Notes: generated by a model from the sequence alone, not told the origin. 64,000 nucleotides of DNA from Promethearchaeota archaeon (GCA_019058365.1 JAHPZE010000008.1:32001-96000), one strand, 5' to 3'. Counted from the first letter of the stretch, positions 19,572 to 30,520 are shown. Translations and numbers: made by a program.

Positions 19572-19601
19572 GTTTTTTATTATTCATGAAAAATAAAAAA
19601 C
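19572..19601. promoter_or_regulatory. Putative operator, 30-bp near-perfect palindrome GTTTTTTATTATTCATGAAAAATAAAAAAC
   Basis: 14 of 15 pairs; immediately upstream of the ABC ATPase start. Confidence 0.7.
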
Positions 19602-19609
19602 TCTAAAAG

Positions 19610-20575
19610 TTGATAAATTTGAACGCAATCGAAGTAAAAAATCTAAAAAAATATTATAACAAGGGAAAAGTTAAAGCTGTTGATGGTGTTTCTTTTGAAG
19701 TTCCAGAAGGTTCTCGATTTGGTTTTCTTGGACCAAATGGGGCAGGGAAAACTACGACGATTCGATGCTTACTTGGATTTTTAAATGTTGATGCTGGTGA
19801 TATAACTATTCTTGGACAAAAAGTTAATCCCATAAAGGATGTAGAAATACGAAATCGAATTGGATATTTACCTGGGGAGCTTGGAATCTACAAGGAAATG
19901 AGTGCTACTCAATTAATTAGATATTTTGCGAAGCTTTACAAAATCGAAATTGATTGGAGATTTGTAGATGAGGTAGCTAACCGTCTTAAAATCGAAATGG
20001 AGCGAAAAATGGGCAACCTAAGCAAAGGCAATAAACAGAAAACAGGAGTCTTAGTAGCGTTAATGGGCAAGTTCGATTTATTAATCATGGATGAGCCAAC
20101 TTCAGGACTTGACCCATTAAATCAGAGTGAATTTTATCGAATCGTATCTGAACGCCAGAAAGAATCAAATTGTACTGTCTTTGTATGTTCTCATGTCCTT
20201 CCAGAAATAGAAAAATTCTGTGATAGCGTGGCAATTATTAAAAAAGGAAAAATTGTGGAGATTTCAGATGTTAGGGATCTTAAAGCAAAGAATTTAAAAA
20301 ATATTGAATTAATTTTTGAAACACCGAAAGGTTTAGAAGCATTTACGAACTTTTTAGCATCCGAGGTTCCAGAAGCTATTGTGAAACAATCCTACCACGT
20401 CGAGCTTCAATTTCTAGTCCCCCCAAAACAGACTCGAAAAGTTTTACATGAAATTAGTGAGAATGACTGGGATGGAGCCCCTATAAGAGATATATCAATT
20501 ACCCATTCTACTTTAGAGAATATTTTTATGCAATATTACAAAGATAGTACTACAGAAGGAGGTGAAGCTGCATGA
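19610..20575 (+). CDS. ABC-2 type exporter ATP-binding protein
   Basis: GPNGAGKTT, LSKGNKQK, IMDEPTSGLDP, SH. Confidence 0.95.
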   Translation: MINLNAIEVKNLKKYYNKGKVKAVDGVSFEVPEGSRFGFLGPNGAGKTTTIRCLLGFLNVDAGDITILGQKVNPIKDVEIRNRIGYLPGELGIYKEMSATQLIRYFAKLYKIEIDWRFVDEVANRLKIEMERKMGNLSKGNKQKTGVLVALMGKFDLLIMDEPTSGLDPLNQSEFYRIVSERQKESNCTVFVCSHVLPEIEKFCDSVAIIKKGKIVEISDVRDLKAKNLKNIELIFETPKGLEAFTNFLASEVPEAIVKQSYHVELQFLVPPKQTRKVLHEISENDWDGAPIRDISITHSTLENIFMQYYKDSTTEGGEAA

Positions 20576-21387
20576 ACACAATTAGAATTATGTTAAAGGA
20601 ACTTACGTCAAATAAAAAAGGCATTATCCTCTATACAGCATTACTGGGATTATTTTACATGTGGTTTGTTTCAATTTTTGATCCTATATTTTTTGCTGAC
20701 TTCGAAGATTTACTTGAATCTTATCCAGAAGCAATAAGGCAGATGATAGGTGAATTTTACTCACTTAGCACAATTGGAGGCTTAATGAATATATATCTTT
20801 TTTCAATGTCTTTGTTCTTTTTTGGAATTTATTTTGTACTAAAGGCTTCCCAAGACATTCCAAGAGAAATTGATAATAGAACAATCGATCTAATGCTGTC
20901 CAAACCTATTAAACGATGGGAATTTTCGCTAGGGAAATATTTATATCATATTATGGGAGCTATTATAATCCTGTTAGGTGTAATGTTGGCAGTAATTCTA
21001 GGTATTTTTATCATGCCAAATGTTGCTGCTAATGAAGTTCCATGGGCAGAATTTTTGACAGCTTTTCTTGTAATGATTTTATTAAATTTAGGCATTGTTA
21101 CTACTGGGTTTTTCTTCTCGACATTCATGGATACTAAGAAATCTCTTGTTTTAAGTTTTGGTACAATTATCTTTTTCTATGCAGTTGGTCAATTCTGGCA
21201 GAGTTTTGGCGAGAGTATGGAAGGCATTAAATATATTAGTATTTTCTACTACTCCGACATGTCAAATCTCCTTGTTAATAGTAATTGGGATGCAATACCT
21301 ATAAAAATCGTGTTTCTCTCAAGTTATACGATCATATTAGCCTTGATTTCATTACTAATCTTCAACAAACGGGATATCCCCGTCTAA
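20572..21387 (+). CDS. ABC-2 type exporter permease
   Basis: Six TM; EID.RTIDLMLSKPI.R; ends FNKRDI; ATGA overlap, SD GGAGGTGA. Confidence 0.9.
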   Translation: MNTIRIMLKELTSNKKGIILYTALLGLFYMWFVSIFDPIFFADFEDLLESYPEAIRQMIGEFYSLSTIGGLMNIYLFSMSLFFFGIYFVLKASQDIPREIDNRTIDLMLSKPIKRWEFSLGKYLYHIMGAIIILLGVMLAVILGIFIMPNVAANEVPWAEFLTAFLVMILLNLGIVTTGFFFSTFMDTKKSLVLSFGTIIFFYAVGQFWQSFGESMEGIKYISIFYYSDMSNLLVNSNWDAIPIKIVFLSSYTIILALISLLIFNKRDIPV

Positions 21388-21567
21388 ATTTATATTTTTT
21401 CCTATTTTTTCAAAATTTTCCAACTCATACATAGTTTAGAACCTTTAATTAAATAGGCAATACCAAAAATTTATAAGTTTGTCATAATACGAATATCTTT
21501 AATATTATAATATATATTTTTACGTTATAATAAGAACATAGTAAAATATTCAACGAGGCTAACCAAA

Positions 21568-23037
21568 ATGTCGAATTATTATCGTGAAAAGATACATTCA
21601 AAGGATCTTATAGCTACATTTGATGATGTACTAATACTTCCAGGATTTACAAATTTTTCACCAAATGAGGTTGATATATCCTCAAACTTAGGAAAATATC
21701 ATCTCGAACTTCCAATATTATCATCGGCTATGGATACTGTCACTGAAGAGAGTATGGCAATAAGAATGGCTTTACAAGGTGGTCTTGGAGTTTTACATCG
21801 TAATTGTTCTTATGAAAGACAATTAGAAATGGTTAGAATTGTTAAGCGGGCTAGATCTTTTGTAATTGACGATGTAGCAACTATTAACCCTTATGCAAAA
21901 GTTGCTAAAGCAAAATTTATGATGGATAATTATAATATAAGCGGGATCGTAGTAGTTGATGAAGCTAAGAAAGTATGTGGTATTTTCACTAAGCGAGACA
22001 TTCCTTTCTTTGAAAAAGATATACATAATGGTGTAATTAAAGATTACATGACCAAAGAAGTAATTTCTATCAAACCTGGAGCTTCTAGGGAAGAAGCATT
22101 GAAAATTTTATACAAATCACGTAAAGAGAAATTACCCATTATAGATGAGCATGGTTTATTAAAAGGATTAATTACAAAGAAAGATTTAGCTCCTGAATTT
22201 CCATTTGCGTCGAAGGATGATGAAGGTCATTTATTATGTGCAATAGCATTGTCTCCTAAATTCCCAGAATCCTCTCAAGCTCAAGAATTATTGAAGGAAA
22301 TTGATAAATATGTAGATATTTTCTTTATTGACGTAGCTGATTTTTATAAAAGAGATGATATTAACGGTACAATGAAGTTAATGAGACTTTTGGAATCTGA
22401 TTTTGTTTTAGGGAATATTGGAACTTACCAAGCTGCTGAATATTTGATTTCAAAATGCGATTTTGTAGAAGAACGGTTTATAGGTTTAAAAGTGGGAATG
22501 GGTTCTGGGTCAATTTGTACAACTTCAATACAAACAGGTGTAGGTGCTCCAACATTATATGCTACTGCACAAGTAGCTGATGCTATACAAGATTATAATC
22601 AGGAACTATCTTTAATTGCAGATGGGGGTTTCACTAAACCAGGTGATTTACCAAAAGCATTTTCTGTTGGCGCAGATCTAATAATGTCAGGGCATTTTCT
22701 TGCTGGTACTGATGAATCTCCTGGTTTTATAGATACCATTTCTGGAAGAAAGGTAAAGGTTTATCGTGGAATGGGAAGTAAAGATGCGAGAGTGTCAGGA
22801 TATATCGCAGATCGTTATATAGAAAGCTCAAAAATGTTAACTGAAGGTGTTAGTGATTATGTGCCCTATGTGGGGGATGTAACTGGAGTTTTAGCAACTC
22901 TAAAAGAAGGTTTAACAAATGGAATGATTTATGCTGGCGCGGGATCTATTGAAGAGATGAAAAAAGCATCACTTGGAATTGTCTCAATTGTTGGTCAGCG
23001 TGAAACATCACCACACGATCTTATTGGAAAATTTTAA
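21568..23037 (+). CDS. guaB: IMP dehydrogenase with CBS pair
   Basis: TFDDVLILP, SSAMDTVTE, GMGSGSICTT (catalytic Cys), ADGG, YRGMGS, EGV. Confidence 0.93.
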   Translation: MSNYYREKIHSKDLIATFDDVLILPGFTNFSPNEVDISSNLGKYHLELPILSSAMDTVTEESMAIRMALQGGLGVLHRNCSYERQLEMVRIVKRARSFVIDDVATINPYAKVAKAKFMMDNYNISGIVVVDEAKKVCGIFTKRDIPFFEKDIHNGVIKDYMTKEVISIKPGASREEALKILYKSRKEKLPIIDEHGLLKGLITKKDLAPEFPFASKDDEGHLLCAIALSPKFPESSQAQELLKEIDKYVDIFFIDVADFYKRDDINGTMKLMRLLESDFVLGNIGTYQAAEYLISKCDFVEERFIGLKVGMGSGSICTTSIQTGVGAPTLYATAQVADAIQDYNQELSLIADGGFTKPGDLPKAFSVGADLIMSGHFLAGTDESPGFIDTISGRKVKVYRGMGSKDARVSGYIADRYIESSKMLTEGVSDYVPYVGDVTGVLATLKEGLTNGMIYAGAGSIEEMKKASLGIVSIVGQRETSPHDLIGKF

Positions 23038-23211
23038 ATTGTTGTTCTACATTTGTGTCGATATTTAAAAATAGTAGATCTTTTTAAATTCTACAATCTT
23101 AACCCTAATTTCACTTATTAAAGCTCTATTAATTAAGTATTAACCACAAAAAACTTTTCTTTGTAACAATTATTTTTATTATTTAAGTAAATTAATTCAA
23201 ACTAGATTTTT

Positions 23212-24816
23212 ATGAAAGCTATAAAAAGAGTTCTTATTAGTGTTTTTGATAAAAGTGGGATTATTGAGTTAGCTAAGATATTAAAAAGTGAATTCAAAGT
23301 TGAAATTCTCTCTACAGAAACAACTGGAGCCCTCTTAGAGAAAAATGGTATTAAATATACAAAAATTTCTGAGTTTACTGATTCACCAGAAATGTTTGAT
23401 GGCAGAATTAAAACTTTACATCCAAAAATCGAAGGTGGTATTTTATATCGTAGAGGTTTGCAGAAAGATATTGATGACGCTAATAAATATGATATTAAAC
23501 CAATTGATATGGTTGTGTGTAATTTATATCAATTCAAAGAAGCAATTGAAAAACCAGGCATAGCTCTTGATGATGCATTGGAGATGATTGATATCGGAGG
23601 ACCAACCATGATTCGTGCTGCAGCAAAAAATTTTCCAGATGTTATCGTGGTTCCAAGCCCTGATTATTATGGAGAAATTATTGATGAGCTTAGGAAAAAT
23701 AAAGGAGCTATCACTGAAAAAACTCGGATTCTCCTCGCTCAAGAGGTTTTTTCAATTATGGCAGATTATAATGCTGCGATTGCAAATTATCTCCAAAAAT
23801 ATTACAATCCAGAAGCTTTGTTACCCAAAACAATTATAAAAGTATATGAAAAGGTACAAGATTGTAGATATGGAGAAAATTGGGATCAAACAGCAGCATA
23901 TTATAAAGATTCTTTTGCAAAACATGGTCTTCATAACTTAAGACAAATTAGTGGAAAAGAAATCTCTTTTAATAATTATCTAGATATCGATTCCTGTATG
24001 CAAATTCTTCTGGATTTTGGTACGGAACATTACACAACGGCAATTTTAAAACATACAAGTCCTAATGGTGTAGCAATTGATAAAAAGGATCAATTATCAT
24101 CGGTAAAAAAAGCATTCAGTACAGATCCATTGTCAGCATTTGGAGGAATTTGGGGAATTAATAAAGAATTGACAAAAGATATAGCTGATTTTATTGTAAA
24201 TAAAGAAAAAATATTTGTAGAAGTATTAATGGCACCTTCATATGAAGATGATGCTCTGCAGATATTAAAACAAAAAAAAAATATGATAATAATTGAATAT
24301 CAAGATTTCCTTGATAAAAGAAATGATATCTATAAAAGTCTTGAAATTAGAAGTGTTCTAGGTGGAGTCCTTATTCAACAATATGATAGTAAATCTGTTA
24401 TTAAAGAATGGAATGTTGTAAGTAAGAAAAAGGTGAATAATATTGAAAAGGAGGCTTTAATCTTTGCATATAAAGTTTCTAAATGGGCCAAATCGAATTC
24501 GGCATGCTTTGCTCAAATCTATGATAATGGAATTTATTCCATAGGAATTGGAGCTGGACAACAAAGTAGAGTTCATGTAGTTAAATTAGCTATTCAAAAA
24601 GCGATAGAATTTGGCCATAAAGATGAATTAAAAGATTCTTTTATGGGAACAGATTCCTTTTTTCCATTCCCTGATGGTTTAGAGGTTACAGTCGAAGCTG
24701 GGGCAAAAGCTATTATTAATCCTGGTGGATCCATTAGAGATGATGCTGTAATTAAACGTGCAAATGAATTAGGCTGTGCTTTAGTATTTTGTGGCAAAAG
24801 AGTATTCCGCCATTAA
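23212..24816 (+). CDS. purH: Bifunctional AICAR transformylase/IMP cyclohydrolase
   Basis: LISVFDKSG, GRIKTLHP, IDIGGPTMIRAAAKN, RYGEN, DP.SAFGG, GAGQQSR, PGGSIRD, R.FRH. Confidence 0.95.
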   Translation: MKAIKRVLISVFDKSGIIELAKILKSEFKVEILSTETTGALLEKNGIKYTKISEFTDSPEMFDGRIKTLHPKIEGGILYRRGLQKDIDDANKYDIKPIDMVVCNLYQFKEAIEKPGIALDDALEMIDIGGPTMIRAAAKNFPDVIVVPSPDYYGEIIDELRKNKGAITEKTRILLAQEVFSIMADYNAAIANYLQKYYNPEALLPKTIIKVYEKVQDCRYGENWDQTAAYYKDSFAKHGLHNLRQISGKEISFNNYLDIDSCMQILLDFGTEHYTTAILKHTSPNGVAIDKKDQLSSVKKAFSTDPLSAFGGIWGINKELTKDIADFIVNKEKIFVEVLMAPSYEDDALQILKQKKNMIIIEYQDFLDKRNDIYKSLEIRSVLGGVLIQQYDSKSVIKEWNVVSKKKVNNIEKEALIFAYKVSKWAKSNSACFAQIYDNGIYSIGIGAGQQSRVHVVKLAIQKAIEFGHKDELKDSFMGTDSFFPFPDGLEVTVEAGAKAIINPGGSIRDDAVIKRANELGCALVFCGKRVFRH

Positions 24817-25020
24817 AAAGCTTTAAACTTAATATTAATTTGGTTTTATATCTTTAAGAATTAATCTTTTTGAAAAAAAGTATTTGTAGTAAGAAAGGTT
24901 TATAAATTTCAAAAGATAATTTTATAATACTCAATATTTTGAATTTGACATTTTAAATTAATATTTTAAATGAGGAGACTTAATCTAATCATATCTTACT
25001 AAGATGGAGCTCTTTTAGAA

Positions 25021-25314
25021 ATGGATTTTTTTCTTGATAACTTGAAAGATACACTTGAAGCGATAAATAAATTAATAGAAAATAATGTAACTCTCGTAAA
25101 TACTAAGAGAATTAGAAGGTGTTATAATGTTAAATCCTCAAATCGCTCTAAGATAAATTTCATTTGGAGAGCTTTAAAATACCTTGAAGAAGAAGGAATT
25201 TTAACATTAAATGGAATAACCAATCCTAAAACCTATAAGATTATATCAAATGATAAAATAGACGTTGACAAGATACTCTCTCAAATTTGGAAAAATAAAA
25301 AAGCTGAATTTTAG
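25021..25314 (+). CDS. Small basic hypothetical protein, probable winged helix
   Basis: IWRALKYLEEEGIL followed by a beta-wing-like segment. Confidence 0.65.
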   Translation: MDFFLDNLKDTLEAINKLIENNVTLVNTKRIRRCYNVKSSNRSKINFIWRALKYLEEEGILTLNGITNPKTYKIISNDKIDVDKILSQIWKNKKAEF

Positions 25315-28037
25315 ATTAAGTCTAAATCTATTAATAAATCGTTTAATTTATTTTTAGATTCTTCATCATTTGGATTATTAATTAACCGTTTTTGGTAAAA
25401 TATTATATTTGGATATTTTAATTCTAATTTATTAATTCTTTTTATCCAACTATTAAAGTTATTTAAAAGTTCATTAACTTCAGGGTCGTCTTCTAAAGCT
25501 TTTACTTCTTCTTTATTTTCTCCTGAAAAAAGATTTTTATATTGCTTTACACTTACACCTTGATCTCTTAATAATTTCTTGTTAGTCTTACGAATGAATG
25601 TTTCCAAACTGCTTCTCCAACTGACGTATTTTTCATTAATCTTATCAATTATATTTTGAATAACCCTTATCTCCTGTGGATAAATAGTCTCTTCCTTCTT
25701 TGTTAGGATCTTCCTAACTTTTTGAAATTCAATTTCAAACTTCTTAATATAATTATTGACCATTTTTTCAAATTCAAATAAAACTGTATTATAATCTTTA
25801 GCAAACAATACTTCATTACTTGAAAAGCTTAGAGTCTCTTCATCAAAAACACCTGTTAGCTTTCTTGTCTTAACTAAACTATCAAAAATATCTCTTATCA
25901 AGTTAATCTCTGATTCATTTAAGTCTTTACCATAAAATAAATCATGAAAAGAAAAAAGAAAACTATTTTCTAATAACAGATTAGTAATCCCACGTTCAGT
26001 ATAAAAAATAACTTCTCCGTCATTATCATAAAAAATCCCTTTTATTTTTCCATCAGCTAATAAATTATTAATAAGATCTTCTATTAAAGTTGACGTAATA
26101 TCATATGTTCCTAAAGAAATATAATCATCATGTTTTGCTTTATCAATTAACATATATCTTATGTCATTTTTAGCGTCTTCTATTTTTTGCAAATTAAATA
26201 TTAATAAATCAGCTTTTTTAAAGTAGGAAATGCCCAAATCATCAATAAATTTTAAAAATATGTTAACTTCCATTCCAGTTTTTTCAAGGTATTCATCTAT
26301 TTTTATTTGATCTTTTTGTTTTATCTCTTCCGCAATTAATTGTAGGTTTTCATCTATTTTAGATAAAATATGATTTCTATCAATATCTAACTCGTCAGAG
26401 ATCTTTTCAATTTGCTGTAATTTCTTATTTTCATCAGAAATTATACTAATTTCTTTGATCTTGTCTTTTAGGAATTTTGAATAGTAGAAAATGTTTTTTT
26501 TTTTATTCCAAATTCCACTTCGATAATCTACAAATTGTTCAAAAACATCTAACAGTAAAAGTTCTCCTATATTTAATTTATCTGAAATTTTAGATATGTC
26601 AAAATAACCTACAATTCTAGAATTTTGAACTTCAATGGTAATTTTTTGTTTACCCAGATTAGTCAACCACTGTGTACCTTTATGAAATTTTGAAAGATAT
26701 TCTCTAGGGATATTTTTAACTAATTTTATAAAATCTTCTTCTAATAATGTCTCACGGTATGATTTTAGTTCTATTATACTGTTTTTTGCTGCTTCAGAAT
26801 TAATCTTGTCTTGAATATTTTTTAATGAGAAATAAATTTCTTGGTCTTTACTCTTTAAAAATTTTTGATTAGTAGAATTTGAAATATCTGTAGTAATTTT
26901 ATCAATAAAATTTTGTGGGAGGAATTTAAACCTTCTTATATTTATAGAAGCATTAATATGTAAATCCTCTAAAAATTTTGATTTTATGTATGCATAAGGA
27001 TAAAAAAAGCCTATATTCGAATAGTAACCATCAATGAGCTTTAGAGAAATTAATGTTTTTATAAAGATTTTTAATTCTGACTTGTTATCTATAATTTGAT
27101 AAAATGTTCTGTAAAGGGTTTCATCAGATATTTTCAATTCTTCCGCGAAAAATCTTTTTAGTTTAACTTTTTCTAATTCATAGACATAAATTATATTATC
27201 CTTGGTTTTTACATAGAAATAGATCTTTTTGTCCTTTTGTTTTGATTTGGCAAAAATTTTTAAATATTCTTTTAATGATACCCCCATATTCTTACTTAAT
27301 GCCGTAAAATTGTGTTTTTTCATTAAAAAATGCCTATCCAATGATCTTATAATCTTTTTAGCATCTTGATACTCCATTTCGTGTGCATCTTGCATTGGGA
27401 AAAATTTATTCAATAGCGCTACTAATTTATTATAAATTTTAGATTTTCTATTATCATCAAATGAGATAATTAAAGATTTTGAGATAATTCTTAAATTATA
27501 TAATTGATCAAATTCCAAATCCTCACAGTAATCAAGAAAATTTAATAAAGAAATAATATTAACATCCTTTTTTTCTATCTTAAGACTTTCAAGTAAAAAA
27601 TCTATGCTAAACATTACCAAATTTGGATTTTTCTTAAATAACTCCATTAAAAAATAATGAACATTATCACGTACATCCTCACATTGATCTGTTAGAAGTT
27701 CGATAATTATAGAAAAATATTCTTTAATTAAAACCGGTTTAGCAATCAGAGAAAATCCTATAATTATTAATGAGTTTACTCTTAATTTTATATTCTCAGA
27801 GTGAAGAAAAACCTTGATTTTCTGTAATAATCCTTCACTAATGAGATCTATACGATTTTCTGCCAAAATACTTAAAATATATGTAATTTTTACAGCATAT
27901 TCTTGTTGATCCAATAGATTTTGAAATTCTTCTATTAATTTTTTGACTTTATCAGTTTTTTTTTTTTTAAAATATCTGTTAAGTTGATCAACTTTTTCAA
28001 GAATTAAGCTGTCTTCAAAATCTTCAAGATTAAACAT
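25311..28037 (-). CDS. Large protein: N-terminal HEAT repeats, several PCI/UFL1-like winged-helix repeats, helical C-terminus
   Basis: ELLTDQCEDVRDN (HEAT); GYFDISKISDKLNI, LLADGKIKGIF, LVKTRKLTGVFD (WH-like). Confidence 0.6.
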   Translation of the reverse strand: MFNLEDFEDSLILEKVDQLNRYFKKKKTDKVKKLIEEFQNLLDQQEYAVKITYILSILAENRIDLISEGLLQKIKVFLHSENIKLRVNSLIIIGFSLIAKPVLIKEYFSIIIELLTDQCEDVRDNVHYFLMELFKKNPNLVMFSIDFLLESLKIEKKDVNIISLLNFLDYCEDLEFDQLYNLRIISKSLIISFDDNRKSKIYNKLVALLNKFFPMQDAHEMEYQDAKKIIRSLDRHFLMKKHNFTALSKNMGVSLKEYLKIFAKSKQKDKKIYFYVKTKDNIIYVYELEKVKLKRFFAEELKISDETLYRTFYQIIDNKSELKIFIKTLISLKLIDGYYSNIGFFYPYAYIKSKFLEDLHINASINIRRFKFLPQNFIDKITTDISNSTNQKFLKSKDQEIYFSLKNIQDKINSEAAKNSIIELKSYRETLLEEDFIKLVKNIPREYLSKFHKGTQWLTNLGKQKITIEVQNSRIVGYFDISKISDKLNIGELLLLDVFEQFVDYRSGIWNKKKNIFYYSKFLKDKIKEISIISDENKKLQQIEKISDELDIDRNHILSKIDENLQLIAEEIKQKDQIKIDEYLEKTGMEVNIFLKFIDDLGISYFKKADLLIFNLQKIEDAKNDIRYMLIDKAKHDDYISLGTYDITSTLIEDLINNLLADGKIKGIFYDNDGEVIFYTERGITNLLLENSFLFSFHDLFYGKDLNESEINLIRDIFDSLVKTRKLTGVFDEETLSFSSNEVLFAKDYNTVLFEFEKMVNNYIKKFEIEFQKVRKILTKKEETIYPQEIRVIQNIIDKINEKYVSWRSSLETFIRKTNKKLLRDQGVSVKQYKNLFSGENKEEVKALEDDPEVNELLNNFNSWIKRINKLELKYPNIIFYQKRLINNPNDEESKNKLNDLLIDLDLI

Positions 28038-28056
28038 ACTTAATTAAATTAAGTGT

Positions 28057-28782
28057 TTAGTCCAATAAGAATTTTTTGAATTGTTCAATTTCTATAATAT
28101 TCTTAATATCTTGGAGTAAAAACGTTGGATTAGATTGTTCTAAACCTCTTCTTGTACCATGCCCAGAAAGCAAAGCAATACTATTAATTTCTGCATTCTT
28201 AGCACATTCAATATCTGCGGGAAGATCACCGATATAATATACATTATCTCTATTTATTGAGTAATTAAAGCTTTTCTTAATTTTCATTAATGCAGTGATA
28301 ATTGGATATGGATTAGGTTTTCTAAAAGGAGTATCATCGCGAGAGATAAAGACAGAAAAAAACCTGTCTAGATTTAGTTTATTCCTAAAATAAATTAATC
28401 TCTTTTTACTTGTATTTGAAACGATTCCTAATAAAATACCCCTCTTTTTAAGGTGTGTTAAAATCGACTCTAGATTTGGTTTTAAGATTTCATATTTTTC
28501 ATATTTTGGATACATATGCCTAAATTTAATAAAGAATATGTTTCTTCTCCAGATACTGGGAATAAAAGGTTTATATACTTTATTTATCCTTTTAAAAGCT
28601 ACTAATTTATTTTTTGAGTCTGACTCTTCAAAAAGTCTCGCAAAATCAATAAGCCTCACTCCTTCTGTATTTCTCCATTTAAAAAATGTATCTCTTAAAT
28701 AGATTAATGCTGTATATTCAAGTGCCTTCTGAGTAATAATAACTCCATCAAAATCAAATAAAAATATTGGTGGGTGAGACAT
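28057..28782 (-). CDS. HAD-superfamily hydrolase
   Basis: FDFDGV, IVSN, KPNP, YIGD...D. Confidence 0.9.
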   Translation of the reverse strand: MSHPPIFLFDFDGVIITQKALEYTALIYLRDTFFKWRNTEGVRLIDFARLFEESDSKNKLVAFKRINKVYKPFIPSIWRRNIFFIKFRHMYPKYEKYEILKPNLESILTHLKKRGILLGIVSNTSKKRLIYFRNKLNLDRFFSVFISRDDTPFRKPNPYPIITALMKIKKSFNYSINRDNVYYIGDLPADIECAKNAEINSIALLSGHGTRRGLEQSNPTFLLQDIKNIIEIEQFKKFLLD

Positions 28783-28885
28783 AGGTGTGTTTAAAAAAGC
28801 TATTTAAAACTTAAATTTATCCATATTTATTTTAGTATTGAAATAATAAAATATTAAAAAAAAAGTAGTGTAACTTCTTATAATT

Positions 28886-29548
28886 CTATTGGTCTATTTC
28901 ATCTGGTTCAACCGAAACGTGAGAAAGCAACCAATCAAGTTGTTTTTCTTTTTTATTGACATTCAGTACAGTAGGGAGGATCATAACTTCATCGGCTTGT
29001 CCAGGCATAATAGTAAATTTTCCAGCTCTTAACATGAAGAACTCAAAGACATCAGGAATTTCTTTTTTGAAACGTAAGCTTTTCACTGGAAATCGTTCGG
29101 CTGAGCTGAAAATACCCGTTTTATGATAAATTTCATTCATTTCAATTTTATAGTATTCGAATCTCGTACTAATAACAATTATCCCGAGGATGAAAGCTAA
29201 AATTAAAGTCATCACCATATAGAACTCCCATGGCAGACCTAAATTGATTTCTATACTCGTAATCTGGAATGTGACATTCGGTAGAACTAAGAAAACAAGA
29301 ATTAAGAGGACAATAACAATAGCTAATACTAGCACAAAAAATTTAGTGGATGAGAAATCAAATGCAGTTACAAATATATTTACAAAGAACACTATAAACC
29401 AGATATATCCTAGAACGTCATTAGGGGTTTTAATTACTGCTTGGATAAACATTAAAATGAAGCTTGTGACGAGTAAAGGCCAAAAAAAGATAACTTTGGG
29501 GTAGGTCCTTAAATATATTTCATTTGGCTGTTTTTTTTGTTTAGACAT
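28886..29548 (-). CDS. Membrane protein (4 TM) with a C-terminal bacterial-PH-like domain
   Basis: Four TM followed by YYKIE..EIYHKTGIFS...P...L.AG pattern. Confidence 0.6.
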   Translation of the reverse strand: MSKQKKQPNEIYLRTYPKVIFFWPLLVTSFILMFIQAVIKTPNDVLGYIWFIVFFVNIFVTAFDFSSTKFFVLVLAIVIVLLILVFLVLPNVTFQITSIEINLGLPWEFYMVMTLILAFILGIIVISTRFEYYKIEMNEIYHKTGIFSSAERFPVKSLRFKKEIPDVFEFFMLRAGKFTIMPGQADEVMILPTVLNVNKKEKQLDWLLSHVSVEPDEIDQ

Positions 29549-29662
29549 AATAAATTTTCACTAATTATGTATTTTAATTTAAAGAAGATTATAAAAATAA
29601 TAGATAGATGTGTTATTTAAATATTAGTATCTTTTCAATATGCCTTAAATAGAGTCTTTTTA

Positions 29663-30409
29663 CTAAAAGAAACTAATAGATTGTATCATTTTATAGGAAA
29701 ACGCAATTTGTTGGTTACCTTTATCACTAATCCCCATATGACCAGGAAGTAAATATTCTACATCCAAATTATTTACATATTTAATTGAATTAATTAATGT
29801 ATTTAAAGACCCTCCTGGAAAATCATATCTTCCAAAACTACCTCCCGTAAAAACTAAATCTCCGGGGATTAAAATCTTTTTGTCAGAATCATAATAAGAA
29901 ATTGATCCTAAGGAATGACCGGGCGTATAATAGATTTGGAACTTGTATTCAGAAGAAATTTTAATCTCCTTTATATTAATTAAATCAGTAACTTCTAATG
30001 GAATAATTTCGACTCCAAACATTTTAGGATTCATTCCAAAATTTCCGGGAAATATTCGAGATTCATCTCCTCCTGTCAAGATTTCCGCCGTTTCACCATA
30101 AGCAAAAATTTCAATGGGATTGCTCTTACTTAATTTCATTAAGGGATAGAGGCCTAAAACATGATCTACATGTTCATGAGTTAAAAAGACTTTAGTTATA
30201 TTAGATGGATTAAGATTAAATTTTTCCATTCCTTTGAATAATCCTTTAAGAGATATACCATTCCCTGCATCAAATAAAGCTAAATCACCCGTATTTGGAT
30301 CTTTGATAATGTATTGATTGCAATCCAGCATCTGATTTTCAGCAAAATAGTATAGATTTGATTTTACTTCTTTTCCCTTTTTTTCAGAGTCAGTACTAGA
30401 AAAAAACAT
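29663..30409 (-). CDS. MBL-fold metallo-hydrolase
   Basis: THEHVDH, TPGHS, GD, PGH. Confidence 0.92.
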   Translation of the reverse strand: MFFSSTDSEKKGKEVKSNLYYFAENQMLDCNQYIIKDPNTGDLALFDAGNGISLKGLFKGMEKFNLNPSNITKVFLTHEHVDHVLGLYPLMKLSKSNPIEIFAYGETAEILTGGDESRIFPGNFGMNPKMFGVEIIPLEVTDLINIKEIKISSEYKFQIYYTPGHSLGSISYYDSDKKILIPGDLVFTGGSFGRYDFPGGSLNTLINSIKYVNNLDVEYLLPGHMGISDKGNQQIAFSYKMIQSISFF

Positions 30410-30520
30410 AATAAAATTACCAATAAAAGTTTTTTAAAAAGATAAAATAGACTTGACTTTAATGTTTTTCTTTTCCAAAATATAAAATTATTAAGTATAC
30501 AAAACTTAACATATAATAGT

